From positions 1 to 30,167 of IMG/VR virus record IMGVR_UViG_3300049166_000020: a stretch of DNA of 30,167 nt; one strand, 5' to 3'. Below, piece after piece: positions 7,128 to 16,246 of the stretch. Within the stretch, counting starts at the first letter, position 1; each line of letters begins with the position of its first letter. Made by a program: the position numbers and the translations under genes. The notes under the pieces are model-generated. The model had not been told where the DNA came from. It saw nothing but the letters and a program-made list of their open reading frames with translations, and made no database searches. This DNA comes from a virus. Taxonomy: Duplodnaviria; Caudoviricetes.

Positions 7128-8045
7128 TCAGGGCTTGAGGTAGGTGAGGGTGGCGCGCAGGTAGCGGCCGACCGTGACGGTCGCGGACTGGTGGTTGACC
7201 CAGATCTCGCCGTCGGCGCGCACCTCCAGGCGCGCGGAGGTGCCGCCGGTGAACGCGCCGGGGAAGTACAGGGTCTTCTCCGGGCGCAGCACCGAGGGGA
7301 TGGCGTTGCAGATCTTCGACCCATCGGAGTCCGAGGATGGGAAGTTCAGTCGGACACGGCGCACGTTGATGACGAGCTGGACGACGGCGCCGATCTTGCG
7401 GCCGACCTTGCCGCCGGACTCCTCCACCCACGTGTCGAAGCCGACCGGGAGGGCGATGTCGCCGGTGTCCTCGTAGATGAGGCGGCGGGCGGCCCCGTCC
7501 CACATGCGCAGGCGTCCGGTGTCACGCTCGAAGCCCAGCTCGCCGAGCGCAGGGGTGGGGTTGGCGGTGGTCGAGTCGGAAGGCCGCACCCGCGAGCCGA
7601 CGTACAGCTCCTCGCGGGCCACCGTCACCGACGCCGCGCCGGTCGGCACGGTCACCCTCCCCAAGGGGATCTCGTACCGTGCTGCGTCCCGGACCAGGGC
7701 GGGCGCGCCGCCCCCGGCGGTGCCCTGGGAGACGACGGCGCGGACGGTCCACGTCGCCCGGTCCAGGGCAAGCACCACCCGGTCCACACGCGTGGACCCG
7801 GACGAGTTGGCGGCGATGGCCAGGGGCACGTCGGTGGTCCCCGACGACCAGGCGTGCCCGCGCAGCGATCCGAACTTGTTCGCGCGGACGAGGACCTGCA
7901 GGCCGGTCCCCGCGATCACGGCCGCGCTGTCGCCGGGGTCGCCGATCAGCCCGTCGTCGGAGAACCGGGCGGCCATGATCTCGTACTCGGTGTCGGTGAC
8001 GTTCCTGCTGTTGTGGGCCGGAGACGGCCACGAAGTCTGAGCCAT
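7128..8045 (-). CDS. Minor tail protein
   Basis: Start at ATG 8045 (MAQTSWPSP). IAANSSGSTRVDRVVL and YEIPLGRVTV motifs typical of actinophage minor tail proteins. Confidence 0.85.
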   Translation of the reverse strand: MAQTSWPSPAHNSRNVTDTEYEIMAARFSDDGLIGDPGDSAAVIAGTGLQVLVRANKFGSLRGHAWSSGTTDVPLAIAANSSGSTRVDRVVLALDRATWTVRAVVSQGTAGGGAPALVRDAARYEIPLGRVTVPTGAASVTVAREELYVGSRVRPSDSTTANPTPALGELGFERDTGRLRMWDGAARRLIYEDTGDIALPVGFDTWVEESGGKVGRKIGAVVQLVINVRRVRLNFPSSDSDGSKICNAIPSVLRPEKTLYFPGAFTGGTSARLEVRADGEIWVNHQSATVTVGRYLRATLTYLKP

Positions 8046-8047
8046 GG

Positions 8048-9208
8048 CTACCTGCTCGCTTCCATGCGTCCGAGCCGTCGGCCCAGGTCGCGGATCAGTC
8101 GGACGGTCGCCGGGTCGGAGGTGGCCTCCGCCGACCCGATGAGGGAGGACACGTACTCCCCCGAGTTCGGGGACGCCTGCAGGTGGATGGAGCGGACCAC
8201 GTCCGCCACCTCGAGCCCAGTCGGGAGCTCCACCGTCACCCGGTCGCCCAGCCCGAAGTCGCGCCCGGCCTTCAGGTCTTCGGTGTCGACGGTGACGGTG
8301 GCCAGCTCGACCGGGGCCGCCCCCGTGGCCAGCTCCTCGCGGCCCGCGCCGGTGAGCTCGCCGTCGGCGTCGGTGGCGATGGAGGACTGGTCGACGAACT
8401 TCTCCACCCGCCACCACAGGTCGGAGGCCCCCGTGTCGGCGGCCTCGACGAACACCCGGGCGGTGTCCTCTCCGCCGCCGACGAGAGCGTGGGTCACCGT
8501 CGGCGCGGACTGCTTGTACTGGACGCTGCGCAGGTTCCCGAGCCCGGCGGAGAACCGAGCGATCCGGGTGAGATCGGCCGGCGCGTACACCTCGAACCGG
8601 ATCTCGTCACCGACCTGACGGGTTCGGAACCCGATGGCCCCGCCGTTGAGCGCAGCGCGGCGGGCCGCGACCAGCAGTCCCTCGAACCGGGTGGTGATGG
8701 TCGTGTTGGTGCCGACCCCGGCGACCGGTGCGAGGATCAGGTGCGGGATGCGGCGAGCGGCGAGCGCACCGGGCCCGCAGTTCTCGGTGACCAGCTGCCT
8801 GATGATGGTCTCGGCGTTGGTGTCGGTGATCGACCTCGAGTCGGTGGCGTGCTGGCTGGCCCACGCCGCGGCGGGGGTCGGCCAGGTGACGTACCCGGCC
8901 ACCTTCGCCAGGTCGTCGGAGAAGGAGACGGTGACCTTGCCCGGGTTGGGCTCGGAGGAGTCGCCCACGCTCCAGGTGTAGTCCTGCGGCATCTCCATCG
9001 GGCCCGCGCACCAGATGCTGCCGTCCCGGATCACCACCAGGCGGTTGCCCGGCTGGAGCTGCGCCATGACCTCGGGGTAGGCAGTGAGCTGGACGGACCC
9101 GGAAGCGGGTTCGTTGAACCGCAGGGTGGAGTCGAGACTCGCCCATCCGTCGATGGGGTCGCCCTGCACGGCCAGGTCCTCGTCGGTGATGAGCAGGCTG
9201 ATGGGCAT
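8048..9208 (-). CDS. Minor tail protein (baseplate hub/Tal, ReqiPepy6 gp37-like)
   Basis: LRFNEPASGS, GRDFGLGDRVTV and C-terminal LGRRLGRMEA; lies after Dit. Confidence 0.85.
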   Translation of the reverse strand: MPISLLITDEDLAVQGDPIDGWASLDSTLRFNEPASGSVQLTAYPEVMAQLQPGNRLVVIRDGSIWCAGPMEMPQDYTWSVGDSSEPNPGKVTVSFSDDLAKVAGYVTWPTPAAAWASQHATDSRSITDTNAETIIRQLVTENCGPGALAARRIPHLILAPVAGVGTNTTITTRFEGLLVAARRAALNGGAIGFRTRQVGDEIRFEVYAPADLTRIARFSAGLGNLRSVQYKQSAPTVTHALVGGGEDTARVFVEAADTGASDLWWRVEKFVDQSSIATDADGELTGAGREELATGAAPVELATVTVDTEDLKAGRDFGLGDRVTVELPTGLEVADVVRSIHLQASPNSGEYVSSLIGSAEATSDPATVRLIRDLGRRLGRMEASR

Positions 9209-9213
9209 GATGA

Positions 9214-10443
9214 TCAGGCCGTTTCGTAGCGGGCGGCGGCCGACAGGTCGACAGCCGACCCGGCGCCGGACCCGTCGAGCTGGAAGGTGACCCGGTTCTC
9301 CCCGGGCTGCAGCGGCCACAGGTCGGCGCCGGGCCAGTTCAAGGCCCCGACCCAGTTCGCGGTGCTGCCCTGGGCGGCGGTGGCCACGGTGACGGTGCCG
9401 TCGGTCAGCCCGGTCGGGGTGACCACCACCTGACCGACGTTCGTGCCGAGGTAGCGGCCGACGAACGTCAGGGTGATGACTCCGGGCAGCGGCCCGCCGG
9501 TGACGACGATCTCGCCGGGGTCGACGGTGACCAGCGCTTCGAGCACAGCCCGCACCGTCACGGCGGTGGCGTTGTAGGGGATGCTCGCCGTGGTCTCTCC
9601 GAACGCGGTGATGGTGATGGTCCCGGCCGTGGCCGCGCCGAGGCTGATGGTCTGCCGCTCGGCGGTGGCCTTGCGGACCCGGGGCGGGTGGGTCGTGACG
9701 GTGACCTGCTCGTGGGCGAGCAGGCTCCCACCGACCGAACCGGGGTCCAGGGTGAAGGACTCCCCCGTGTCCTCCTGGGTGAAGGTCACCACCGTGGCGG
9801 GCCCGGTGATGGTCCAGGTCGGCCAGGCGTCGACGTCGCCGGGGTTGTCCAGGGTGGTCTCGCCGAGAACTTGGGAGGAGGACACCGACGGGAACGGCTG
9901 CAGGAAGTCCTCACCAAGGGCATGCTCCCTGCGGGCGGTGAGCGGCACCGCGTCCACCCAGTACGGGTCCTCGCACAGCAGGGACAGGATGGCGTTGTCG
10001 GAGTGGATGCCGGTGCCCTGCTCGCCTTGGCCGTCGAACCCTCCCGAGTAGCGGACGGCGATGTGCCGGCGGGTGCCGTCCGGGCGGGCGATCTCCAACC
10101 GCCCCGGCCCCTTGCGGAGGGTGTCGGTGAACGCCCGCGCGAGCGCCCGCCACCTGCCCACGAACTCGGTGTGGGTGTCGCCGTAGACGTGCAGCGGCCA
10201 CATCACGGTGCGGGCCTGCGGCTGGGCATGCCGCAGCCGCACCCCTCCGCGCGGGTGCGCGTCCGTGGTCAGGTCGTACACGGCCGCGCCGAGTCCGGAC
10301 ACTCCGTCGGCGAGCGTGAACCACCCGCTGAGGGTGTCGGTGAGCGGCCACGCCCGCCCGGTGGGGTCGGTGTAGGTGGCGGTGGCGAACCCGACCTCGG
10401 GCAGCACCACCCCGGGCCCGTGGTCGCCCGCGATGATCGGCAC
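9214..10443 (-). CDS. Distal tail protein (Dit) with an inserted domain
   Basis: Directly after the TMP; LLCEDPYW, NPGDVDAWPTWTITGP and WPLQPGEN Dit motifs. Confidence 0.85.
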   Translation of the reverse strand: MPIIAGDHGPGVVLPEVGFATATYTDPTGRAWPLTDTLSGWFTLADGVSGLGAAVYDLTTDAHPRGGVRLRHAQPQARTVMWPLHVYGDTHTEFVGRWRALARAFTDTLRKGPGRLEIARPDGTRRHIAVRYSGGFDGQGEQGTGIHSDNAILSLLCEDPYWVDAVPLTARREHALGEDFLQPFPSVSSSQVLGETTLDNPGDVDAWPTWTITGPATVVTFTQEDTGESFTLDPGSVGGSLLAHEQVTVTTHPPRVRKATAERQTISLGAATAGTITITAFGETTASIPYNATAVTVRAVLEALVTVDPGEIVVTGGPLPGVITLTFVGRYLGTNVGQVVVTPTGLTDGTVTVATAAQGSTANWVGALNWPGADLWPLQPGENRVTFQLDGSGAGSAVDLSAAARYETA

Positions 10444-10455
10444 AGTGTGGTCTCC

Positions 10456-13400
10456 CTACCGTGGGCGTCCGACTCGAGCACGCGCCTCCTGGCGGCGCTG
10501 CAGCACCTCGAGGTCCTGCACCGTCATGTCCAACGTGCGCGGGTACAGGTTGTAGGTGTCGCCGCTTTCGGCTCCCCGCCCGGCCAGCGTGGACACGTCC
10601 GACCACTGGCGGTGCGTCAAGACGGGCTCCGGCTTCCTGGTCCCGTTGAGGAGGGCGGTCATGCCCGGCTGGGCGTAGCCGCCGGAGTCGTAGAACGCCG
10701 CCCGGCCGCCGCCCCCTCCGCCGCCGCTGCTGCTTCCGGCGGTGGAGTCCCCGGCCACCGGCCGGAACCCGTACGTCGAGGAGTACAGCCGGTCGCGGGC
10801 CCCACGGGCGCCGCGGCCGATGATGACGCCCCGGGACCCCCGCGACTCCACATTGACCCCCATCAGGCTTCCGCTCGTGTGGCCGACGCCCGAGTGGGTG
10901 ATGCCGACCTGGTAGGGGGACGCGAGGTTGCGCACCCATCCGGCCGGTGCCGAGGACCCCTGGAAACCATGCGTTGAGTACCTGCGGAAGTACGGGCCGA
11001 TGCCCCTGATGACGTTCTCCAGGCTGCCCGTGAAGCCCGAGCAGTCGTAGCCCCTGGGCCCCGCACCGCCCCAGATGTACGGCTTGCCGTGCTGGTTGCG
11101 CGCCCAGCTCGCAGCGCGGCGCAGGCGGGTCGACGCGGACTCCAGGCCGGACCACCCGGCAGCGCCCCCGGCGGAGGAGGCGGCGTAGTCGGAGTCGGCC
11201 TTGCCGAACCGGTCGAGGATCTTGTCGCGGATCGCGACGACCATCCGGTACGGGATGCCCTCGAAGTCCTGGCCGGTGCCGAAGCGCTCCTTCACCCGGT
11301 CGCGCAGGGCGTTGAGGGGCGCGGTGGCCCACTCCTTCACCTTGCCGACGACGGAGTCCCACTTGGAGGAGATCCACTGGCCGACGATGCCGCCGGTCGC
11401 GAACCCGTGGAAGGGCGGCTGCCCCTGGGCGATGGCGCGCGGGGAGGGGGCCACGCGAGCGCGGCGGTCCTGGGCGTAGCGGCGCAGCGCTGCGACCCCG
11501 CCACGGACGCCGACGTTGTTCCACGTGAGGAGTTCGGACCGCAACTCGGGGACCCGCATCGCCTCTGAAATGGCGATGCCCTCGCCCTTACGGGCACGGA
11601 TGACTTGGTCGTCACCCTGACGCCAGGTCGAATAACCGCCGAGGATTCCACCCTTCGCGAAGCCGCGCGGAAGGTTCATTTCCGAGAGTTTATTAATGCC
11701 CGGAACCTTCGCCGCTACTTTATTCCACAGGGGGACAATTCCCGCGTTATATACCGTCTGAATTACATATCGCACCGGCCTCTTCGCAACGCTTTCCAAT
11801 TTCGACCAGGCTTTATCGACGCCGTCCCGGGCGCGCTCGAACGCGCCGATCACGCGCGAGCGCAGGGTGTCGACCGCGCCGACGACCCGGTCTCGGAGCT
11901 GCTGCGCCCGACCGACCACCAGGTCGCGCAGGGCAGAGGCCACGGCCACGCCCCGATCTCGGAGCGCAGTCAGGACAGCAACCGCCCGGTCTCTCAGCCC
12001 GACCACCCGGGCGACGGTCTGGTCGCGCAGGCCGGTCGCCCGCGCCACGACCCAGTCCCGGGCCTGGGTGAAGAGGGCCACGGCCCGGTCTCGCAGGGCA
12101 GTCACCCCTCCGACGACCCTGTCGCGCAGGCTCAGCGTGCGCGAGACGACCCAGGTGACCAATCCCTGCCAGAGGGCGGACACGGTCGTGCGCAGCCACA
12201 CCCAGGCGGCCTGCGTGGCGGCCCGGAGCTTGTCCCAGTGCTGGATGATCAGCCCGACCGGGGTGAAGTTCAGGAAGAGCGAGACGAGCCATCCGACGAC
12301 GGCCAGGACGGACGCCTTGACGAAATTCCACGCTGCGAGCGTCGCCGCCTTGATCTGGTCCCAGTAGCGGATCACGAGCCCGATCGCGATTCCGATCGGC
12401 CCGGTGATGATCGCGAGCAGGAGAGGCCAGTTCGCTTTCACCCAATTCCAAACGAACTTGATGGCCGACCAGACCGCATTAAAAGCGCCTGTCACGATTG
12501 AGCGGAAGGTCTCAGAGTTTCGCCACAAAAGGACAATGGCAGCGATCACGGCGATGATCGCGATGACGATGAGCCCCAGCGGGTTCGCCGACATCGCGAG
12601 GTTCAGGGCCCACTGCGCGGCCGTCCAGATGCCGGTGGCGATGGCGACCGCGCGCTGCACGATGGCCTGCCCGAGGATCGCCGCGCGGGCCACGACGGCG
12701 CGGACGGCGATCTTGGTGTACTCGACCGCGACCAGGGCGAGGGTGCGCAGCAGCCCACCAGCGGCGGCGATCCGCTGGGCGGCGGCGACCGCGAGGATGC
12801 GCGCACGGGCCACCCCCGCGCGGAGGCCGACCTTGGTGTACTCCGTGCCGACCAGGGCCAGGGTGCGGACGAACCCGGCCATGCTGGCGACCTGGCGACC
12901 GGCCGCACCGCCGAAGGACCGCACCGCAGCCCCGGCGCGCGCAGACCGGGACGCGTTCTCGCCCAGGGCGGCCGACCCGCGGATGAGGCCGCCGGTGAAC
13001 CGGGCGGTCCCCGCGACCGCGCCGATGGCCGCACCACCGACCCGGCCGATACCTCCGGCGACGAAGGACAGCGGCCCGGCGGCGAGCGCCACGGCGGCGA
13101 TGCCGAGCGCCAGGCGCTGGGTGGCAGGCTCAGCATCGTTGAACAGGGTGACGGCGTTGCCCAGGGCGGTGACCAGTTCGCCCTGCAGGGACCGCTTGAA
13201 CACCTCCAGCTCGTGTGCCGGGCCCGACCTGATGGTCTCGCCTGCCTGATCGGCAGCGCCCGCGAACTCGCCCAGCTCCTGCGCTGCAGTGCTGGGGTCC
13301 ATGGCGAACAAGGCGTCGCCCAAGTCCTCAGCCTGGGTGCCGAACAACGCGGTGGCGATCTCCGCCTGCTTGACCGGGTCCTCGATGTCGCGGAGCCGGT

Positions 13401-14253
13401 CCAGGGTGGTGTCCAGGGCTGCGGACGCAGACGCGCCACCCTCGCCGAACTGGGCGGCCATCTCCGAAGCGCTCAGCCCGAGCGCCTCGAACCCCGACGC
13501 GGTCAGGTCCGAGCCGTCGACCGCCCGGATCGAGAATTCCTTGATCGCGTCCGCCGCGATGTCCGCGTCCCGCGCGCCGGCCGCGATGGCCTGGTTCATC
13601 AGCCCGATGGCGGTACCGCCGTCGAGCCCGGCCTTGCGGAACTGGGTGCCGTACTCGGTGATGACCTGGAGGAAGTCCTCGCCCTGGTCGACCCCGCCCT
13701 GGAACCCTGCGGTGAGCAGGTCGAACGCCTCGTCGGCGGATCCTGCGAGGTCGGTGCGCAGCATCTGGGAGACGGCAGTGGTGACGCCGCCCAGGTCCTG
13801 GCCGAACACGTTGGCGACGTCGGACGCCTTGGTGGCCATGGACTCGAGCTGGGCGTTGGTGGCGTCGGGCGGGGCCAGCCCGGACTGCACCACGGCGCGG
13901 ATCGAGTCGGCTGCCTCCTGGAACGTGCCGGTCACGCCGGAGGCGTAGAGGTCTCCGGCGATCCGCCCGTGGCGTTCGGCGACCGGCCCGGTGGTGCCGA
14001 GCTGCGCCTGCAGCATCTTGGAGGCGTTCATCCGGCCGACGGCGTCGGTGATCCCGGCGACGAGCACGGTCCCGGCGACCACTCCGGCGGCGACCGCCCC
14101 CGCCTTGATGCGGTCCTTGAGGCCCTCCCCGGCCGCCCGCCCCGCCCGCTCTCCGGCGTCCGCCGCAGGCTGGACGAGCTGCTGGCGAAGCTCGTCGCTG
14201 ATGCCCCGCATGGACGGGATGACCTGCAGCGCTGCGTATCCGACGTTGGGCAC
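10456..14253 (-). CDS. Tape measure protein with a C-terminal NlpC/P60 peptidase domain
   Basis: 1265 aa, Ala-rich; NVGYAALQVIPS N-terminus; IAADAIKEFSIR; 11-residue LRDR repeats; GKPYIWGG..GYDCSG...GHT; YDSGG near the C-terminus. Confidence 0.95.
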   Translation of the reverse strand: MPNVGYAALQVIPSMRGISDELRQQLVQPAADAGERAGRAAGEGLKDRIKAGAVAAGVVAGTVLVAGITDAVGRMNASKMLQAQLGTTGPVAERHGRIAGDLYASGVTGTFQEAADSIRAVVQSGLAPPDATNAQLESMATKASDVANVFGQDLGGVTTAVSQMLRTDLAGSADEAFDLLTAGFQGGVDQGEDFLQVITEYGTQFRKAGLDGGTAIGLMNQAIAAGARDADIAADAIKEFSIRAVDGSDLTASGFEALGLSASEMAAQFGEGGASASAALDTTLDRLRDIEDPVKQAEIATALFGTQAEDLGDALFAMDPSTAAQELGEFAGAADQAGETIRSGPAHELEVFKRSLQGELVTALGNAVTLFNDAEPATQRLALGIAAVALAAGPLSFVAGGIGRVGGAAIGAVAGTARFTGGLIRGSAALGENASRSARAGAAVRSFGGAAGRQVASMAGFVRTLALVGTEYTKVGLRAGVARARILAVAAAQRIAAAGGLLRTLALVAVEYTKIAVRAVVARAAILGQAIVQRAVAIATGIWTAAQWALNLAMSANPLGLIVIAIIAVIAAIVLLWRNSETFRSIVTGAFNAVWSAIKFVWNWVKANWPLLLAIITGPIGIAIGLVIRYWDQIKAATLAAWNFVKASVLAVVGWLVSLFLNFTPVGLIIQHWDKLRAATQAAWVWLRTTVSALWQGLVTWVVSRTLSLRDRVVGGVTALRDRAVALFTQARDWVVARATGLRDQTVARVVGLRDRAVAVLTALRDRGVAVASALRDLVVGRAQQLRDRVVGAVDTLRSRVIGAFERARDGVDKAWSKLESVAKRPVRYVIQTVYNAGIVPLWNKVAAKVPGINKLSEMNLPRGFAKGGILGGYSTWRQGDDQVIRARKGEGIAISEAMRVPELRSELLTWNNVGVRGGVAALRRYAQDRRARVAPSPRAIAQGQPPFHGFATGGIVGQWISSKWDSVVGKVKEWATAPLNALRDRVKERFGTGQDFEGIPYRMVVAIRDKILDRFGKADSDYAASSAGGAAGWSGLESASTRLRRAASWARNQHGKPYIWGGAGPRGYDCSGFTGSLENVIRGIGPYFRRYSTHGFQGSSAPAGWVRNLASPYQVGITHSGVGHTSGSLMGVNVESRGSRGVIIGRGARGARDRLYSSTYGFRPVAGDSTAGSSSGGGGGGGRAAFYDSGGYAQPGMTALLNGTRKPEPVLTHRQWSDVSTLAGRGAESGDTYNLYPRTLDMTVQDLEVLQRRQEARARVGRPR

Positions 14254-14260
14254 GACGAAG

Positions 14261-14302
14261 CACCCCCTGTCCGGTGGTCATGTGGCGTGCGGACAGGGGG
14301 TG
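14261..14302 (-). promoter_or_regulatory. Hairpin covering the tape measure RBS
   Basis: Perfect 13-bp inverted repeat CACCCCCTGTCCG-N16-CGGACAGGGGGTG; one arm contains the AGGGGG Shine-Dalgarno of the TMP gene. Confidence 0.6.
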
Positions 14303-14314
14303 GGCGAGGACTGC

Positions 14315-14632
14315 TCAGGCGGTGGTGTCCTGCGGGTCGTCCTCAGCGGGCGGTCGGCAGTGGGCGATCCACGCCTTCCACAGCGGCCGGACCTTGTACT
14401 GGGGCAGGCCCAGGGCGCGGAACTGCTCGTACTGGTCGCCCAGGGCGACGCGCAGGGATCCGGTCATGGCGCGGGTGTCGCCTCCCTCGGTGGCCTCTGT
14501 CAGAGCCCAGGCGTCCAGACCCTGCAGGTGGTCGAGGGTGAAGGACTGGCCGCCCCAGGTGAAGGGGAACGGTTCCAGCGGCATGGGCGGCGGGACTGCG
14601 TCGAGGTCGAACGTCTCGGTGGTGTCGGGCAT
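14315..14632 (-). CDS. Second tail assembly chaperone-like protein
   Basis: FDLDA...PF...GG..F.L...LGDQY..F.A...P..K shared with 15441-15797. Confidence 0.7.
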   Translation of the reverse strand: MPDTTETFDLDAVPPPMPLEPFPFTWGGQSFTLDHLQGLDAWALTEATEGGDTRAMTGSLRVALGDQYEQFRALGLPQYKVRPLWKAWIAHCRPPAEDDPQDTTA

Positions 14633-14655
14633 GGGCGGGCCTCACTCTCAGCGGG

Positions 14656-14937
14656 TTACTCGGCGGTGGCGGTCGGGCGTTCCTCGTTGACGTCCAGGCC
14701 CACGGACCGGGCGGCCTGGTACAGGTCCTCGCTGCGGTCCTGGGAGGCCAGGACGGTGACGGTGGCCGCCTGCCGGTCGGTGGTGTAGGGCCGGTACACG
14801 ACCTGTTCGCCCTTGCCCACGCGGCCCCGGGCAGCGGCGGCCACCGCGACGGCGGTGCCGTTCATGGCGTCGCGCATCTGCGCAGACCGCAGGATCTCGG
14901 CGATGCCGTCGTGGTCCAGCTGGAAGTCGACGAGCAC
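14656..14937 (-). CDS. Neck/tail-completion protein (HK97 gp10/Ne1-like), displaced
   Basis: FQLDHDGIAEILRS...YTTDR...L.QAA pattern resembles actinophage neck proteins; AAGGAG RBS. Confidence 0.6.
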   Translation of the reverse strand: MLVDFQLDHDGIAEILRSAQMRDAMNGTAVAVAAAARGRVGKGEQVVYRPYTTDRQAATVTVLASQDRSEDLYQAARSVGLDVNEERPTATAE

Positions 14938-14940
14938 GGG

Positions 14941-15471
14941 TCACTCCTTGGGTGCGGGTGTGCGGGTGCGGGCGGCGGTGTACCGCTCGTCGGGCGCGGT
15001 CGGCAGCTCAGCCATGGACGGGCGCCGCTCGTCGCGGGCCCGGCCGAGTTCGGCGAGCACGTGCGCGCGCTTGCGCTGGCGGACCTTGCGGCGCACGCGG
15101 TCCCGCGCGGTGACCGGCCTCGGCAGCGGCTTGGGCGGCTTGGCCTTACCGCCGGCCGCCCCGTACACGGCGGCGATCAGCTCGCCGAGCCGGTCGACGG
15201 CCAGAGTGAGCCGCTCCACCATGGGCGACCACTCGGTGAGCGGCGGCGAGCTTGCGCCGGTGGGCTCCGGTGAGTTCTCCGCCAGCTCGTCGTCGTCGGC
15301 CATCGCTGCGGCCAGGTGGGAGGTGCGCGGCAGGTGGTCGACGATGTTGAGCAGGAACCGCCACCTGCGGGCCGTCCACAGGGCGGCGAGGTCCCAGCCG
15401 ATCAGGGCGAGGTCGGCCTCGATCTGGTCCCGGTATCGAGTCAGGAGCCAGACGAGGCGGGCCCTTCCCCC
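14941..15471 (-). CDS. Tail assembly chaperone -1 frameshift extension (gpT-like)
   Basis: LVWLLTRYRDQIEADL...LLNIVDHLPRTS...EWSP lies in the -1 frame of the chaperone and is entered at GGGGGAA. Confidence 0.8.
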   Translation of the reverse strand, partial: GGRARLVWLLTRYRDQIEADLALIGWDLAALWTARRWRFLLNIVDHLPRTSHLAAAMADDDELAENSPEPTGASSPPLTEWSPMVERLTLAVDRLGELIAAVYGAAGGKAKPPKPLPRPVTARDRVRRKVRQRKRAHVLAELGRARDERRPSMAELPTAPDERYTAARTRTPAPKE

Positions 15472-15797
15472 TGGTCTCCGTAGTACTGGCTGTAGTGGGC
15501 TTCCATCCGGTCGTTGAGGACCTTCATCTTCCACATGGGCATACGGATGGCCTTGAAGTCGTCGTACTGGTCGCCCAGCAGCGGCTTCAGGGAGCCCTCG
15601 ATGTCGTGCATGTCGATGAGGACGGCGTCCTGCCAGTCCTCATCGAAGGGGTCCGACAGGAGGAACGTCTTGCCTCCGAGCCGGACCGCGAACGGCTTGA
15701 CCTCCCCGCCCTTCTCCAGGGCATCGAGGTCGAACACGTCCTTGGGCCGGACGGCGGGCTTGGGCTTGGCGGGGCGCTGTGGTGACCGGGCAGCCAT
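15441..15797 (-). CDS. Tail assembly chaperone (gpG-like)
   Basis: GAAGGAG RBS; VFDLDALE motif; ends DQGEGPASSGS across the slippery site. Confidence 0.85.
   Translation of the reverse strand: MAARSPQRPAKPKPAVRPKDVFDLDALEKGGEVKPFAVRLGGKTFLLSDPFDEDWQDAVLIDMHDIEGSLKPLLGDQYDDFKAIRMPMWKMKVLNDRMEAHYSQYYGDQGEGPASSGS
15465..15471 (-). other. Programmed -1 ribosomal frameshift site GGGGGAA
   Basis: CAG GGG GAA near the chaperone 3' end; a -1 shift joins the 14941 ORF. Same heptamer type as in mycobacteriophage tail chaperones. Confidence 0.8.
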
Positions 15798-15812
15798 GGG
15801 CGGGCTCTCCTT

Positions 15813-16166
15813 CTACTTGGTCTTGGTGGTGCGGGTCCGGCGGGCAGTCGGCCCGGCAGGGTCCTCGCTGGTGGTCGTCGGGGTCTCGTCAGGCTGGGGC
15901 GGGGGCTCGACAGCGACCGGGGCCGCTGCGGACTGCGTCCCGGTGTCAGTGGCCTCTCCCATCTGCGCGGCACGGCGCTGGGCCGCCCGCTGGTCGGCTT
16001 GGGTCTGGGCCTCGCGGGCGAGCGCCAGACGGTCGGCCGCAGCTTTGTTGTGGGGTGCGACCGCTTCCAGCTCCGCACGCGGCCTCCACCCGTGGGCGCG
16101 CAGGCGCACCTGCACGACCGGGTCCTCCGCGGTCTGGGTCTGGCCGGTCGGCGAGACGAATTCCAT
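15813..16166 (-). CDS. Hypothetical protein (MEFVSPTGQTQTAEDPVVQVRLRAHGW...)
   Basis: GAGGA RBS before ATG 16166; low-complexity C-terminus. Confidence 0.7.
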   Translation of the reverse strand: MEFVSPTGQTQTAEDPVVQVRLRAHGWRPRAELEAVAPHNKAAADRLALAREAQTQADQRAAQRRAAQMGEATDTGTQSAAAPVAVEPPPQPDETPTTTSEDPAGPTARRTRTTKTK

Positions 16167-16246
16167 GGCGTGTCCTCGTGGGTGGCGGGCTGGAGATGGA
16201 GGCCGCGACGGCCGGCGCCCGCCCGGCATACCGGCCGCCGCGGCGA

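Noticed and set aside
7156-7168. Partial third copy of the CCGCTACCTGCGG motif
   Set aside because: Lies in coding sequence (GRYLR), is mismatched, forms no extended stem and lacks the CGCACGA element.
11830-12140. Periodic repeats within the tape measure gene
   Set aside because: Ordinary 11-residue TMP helical repeats.
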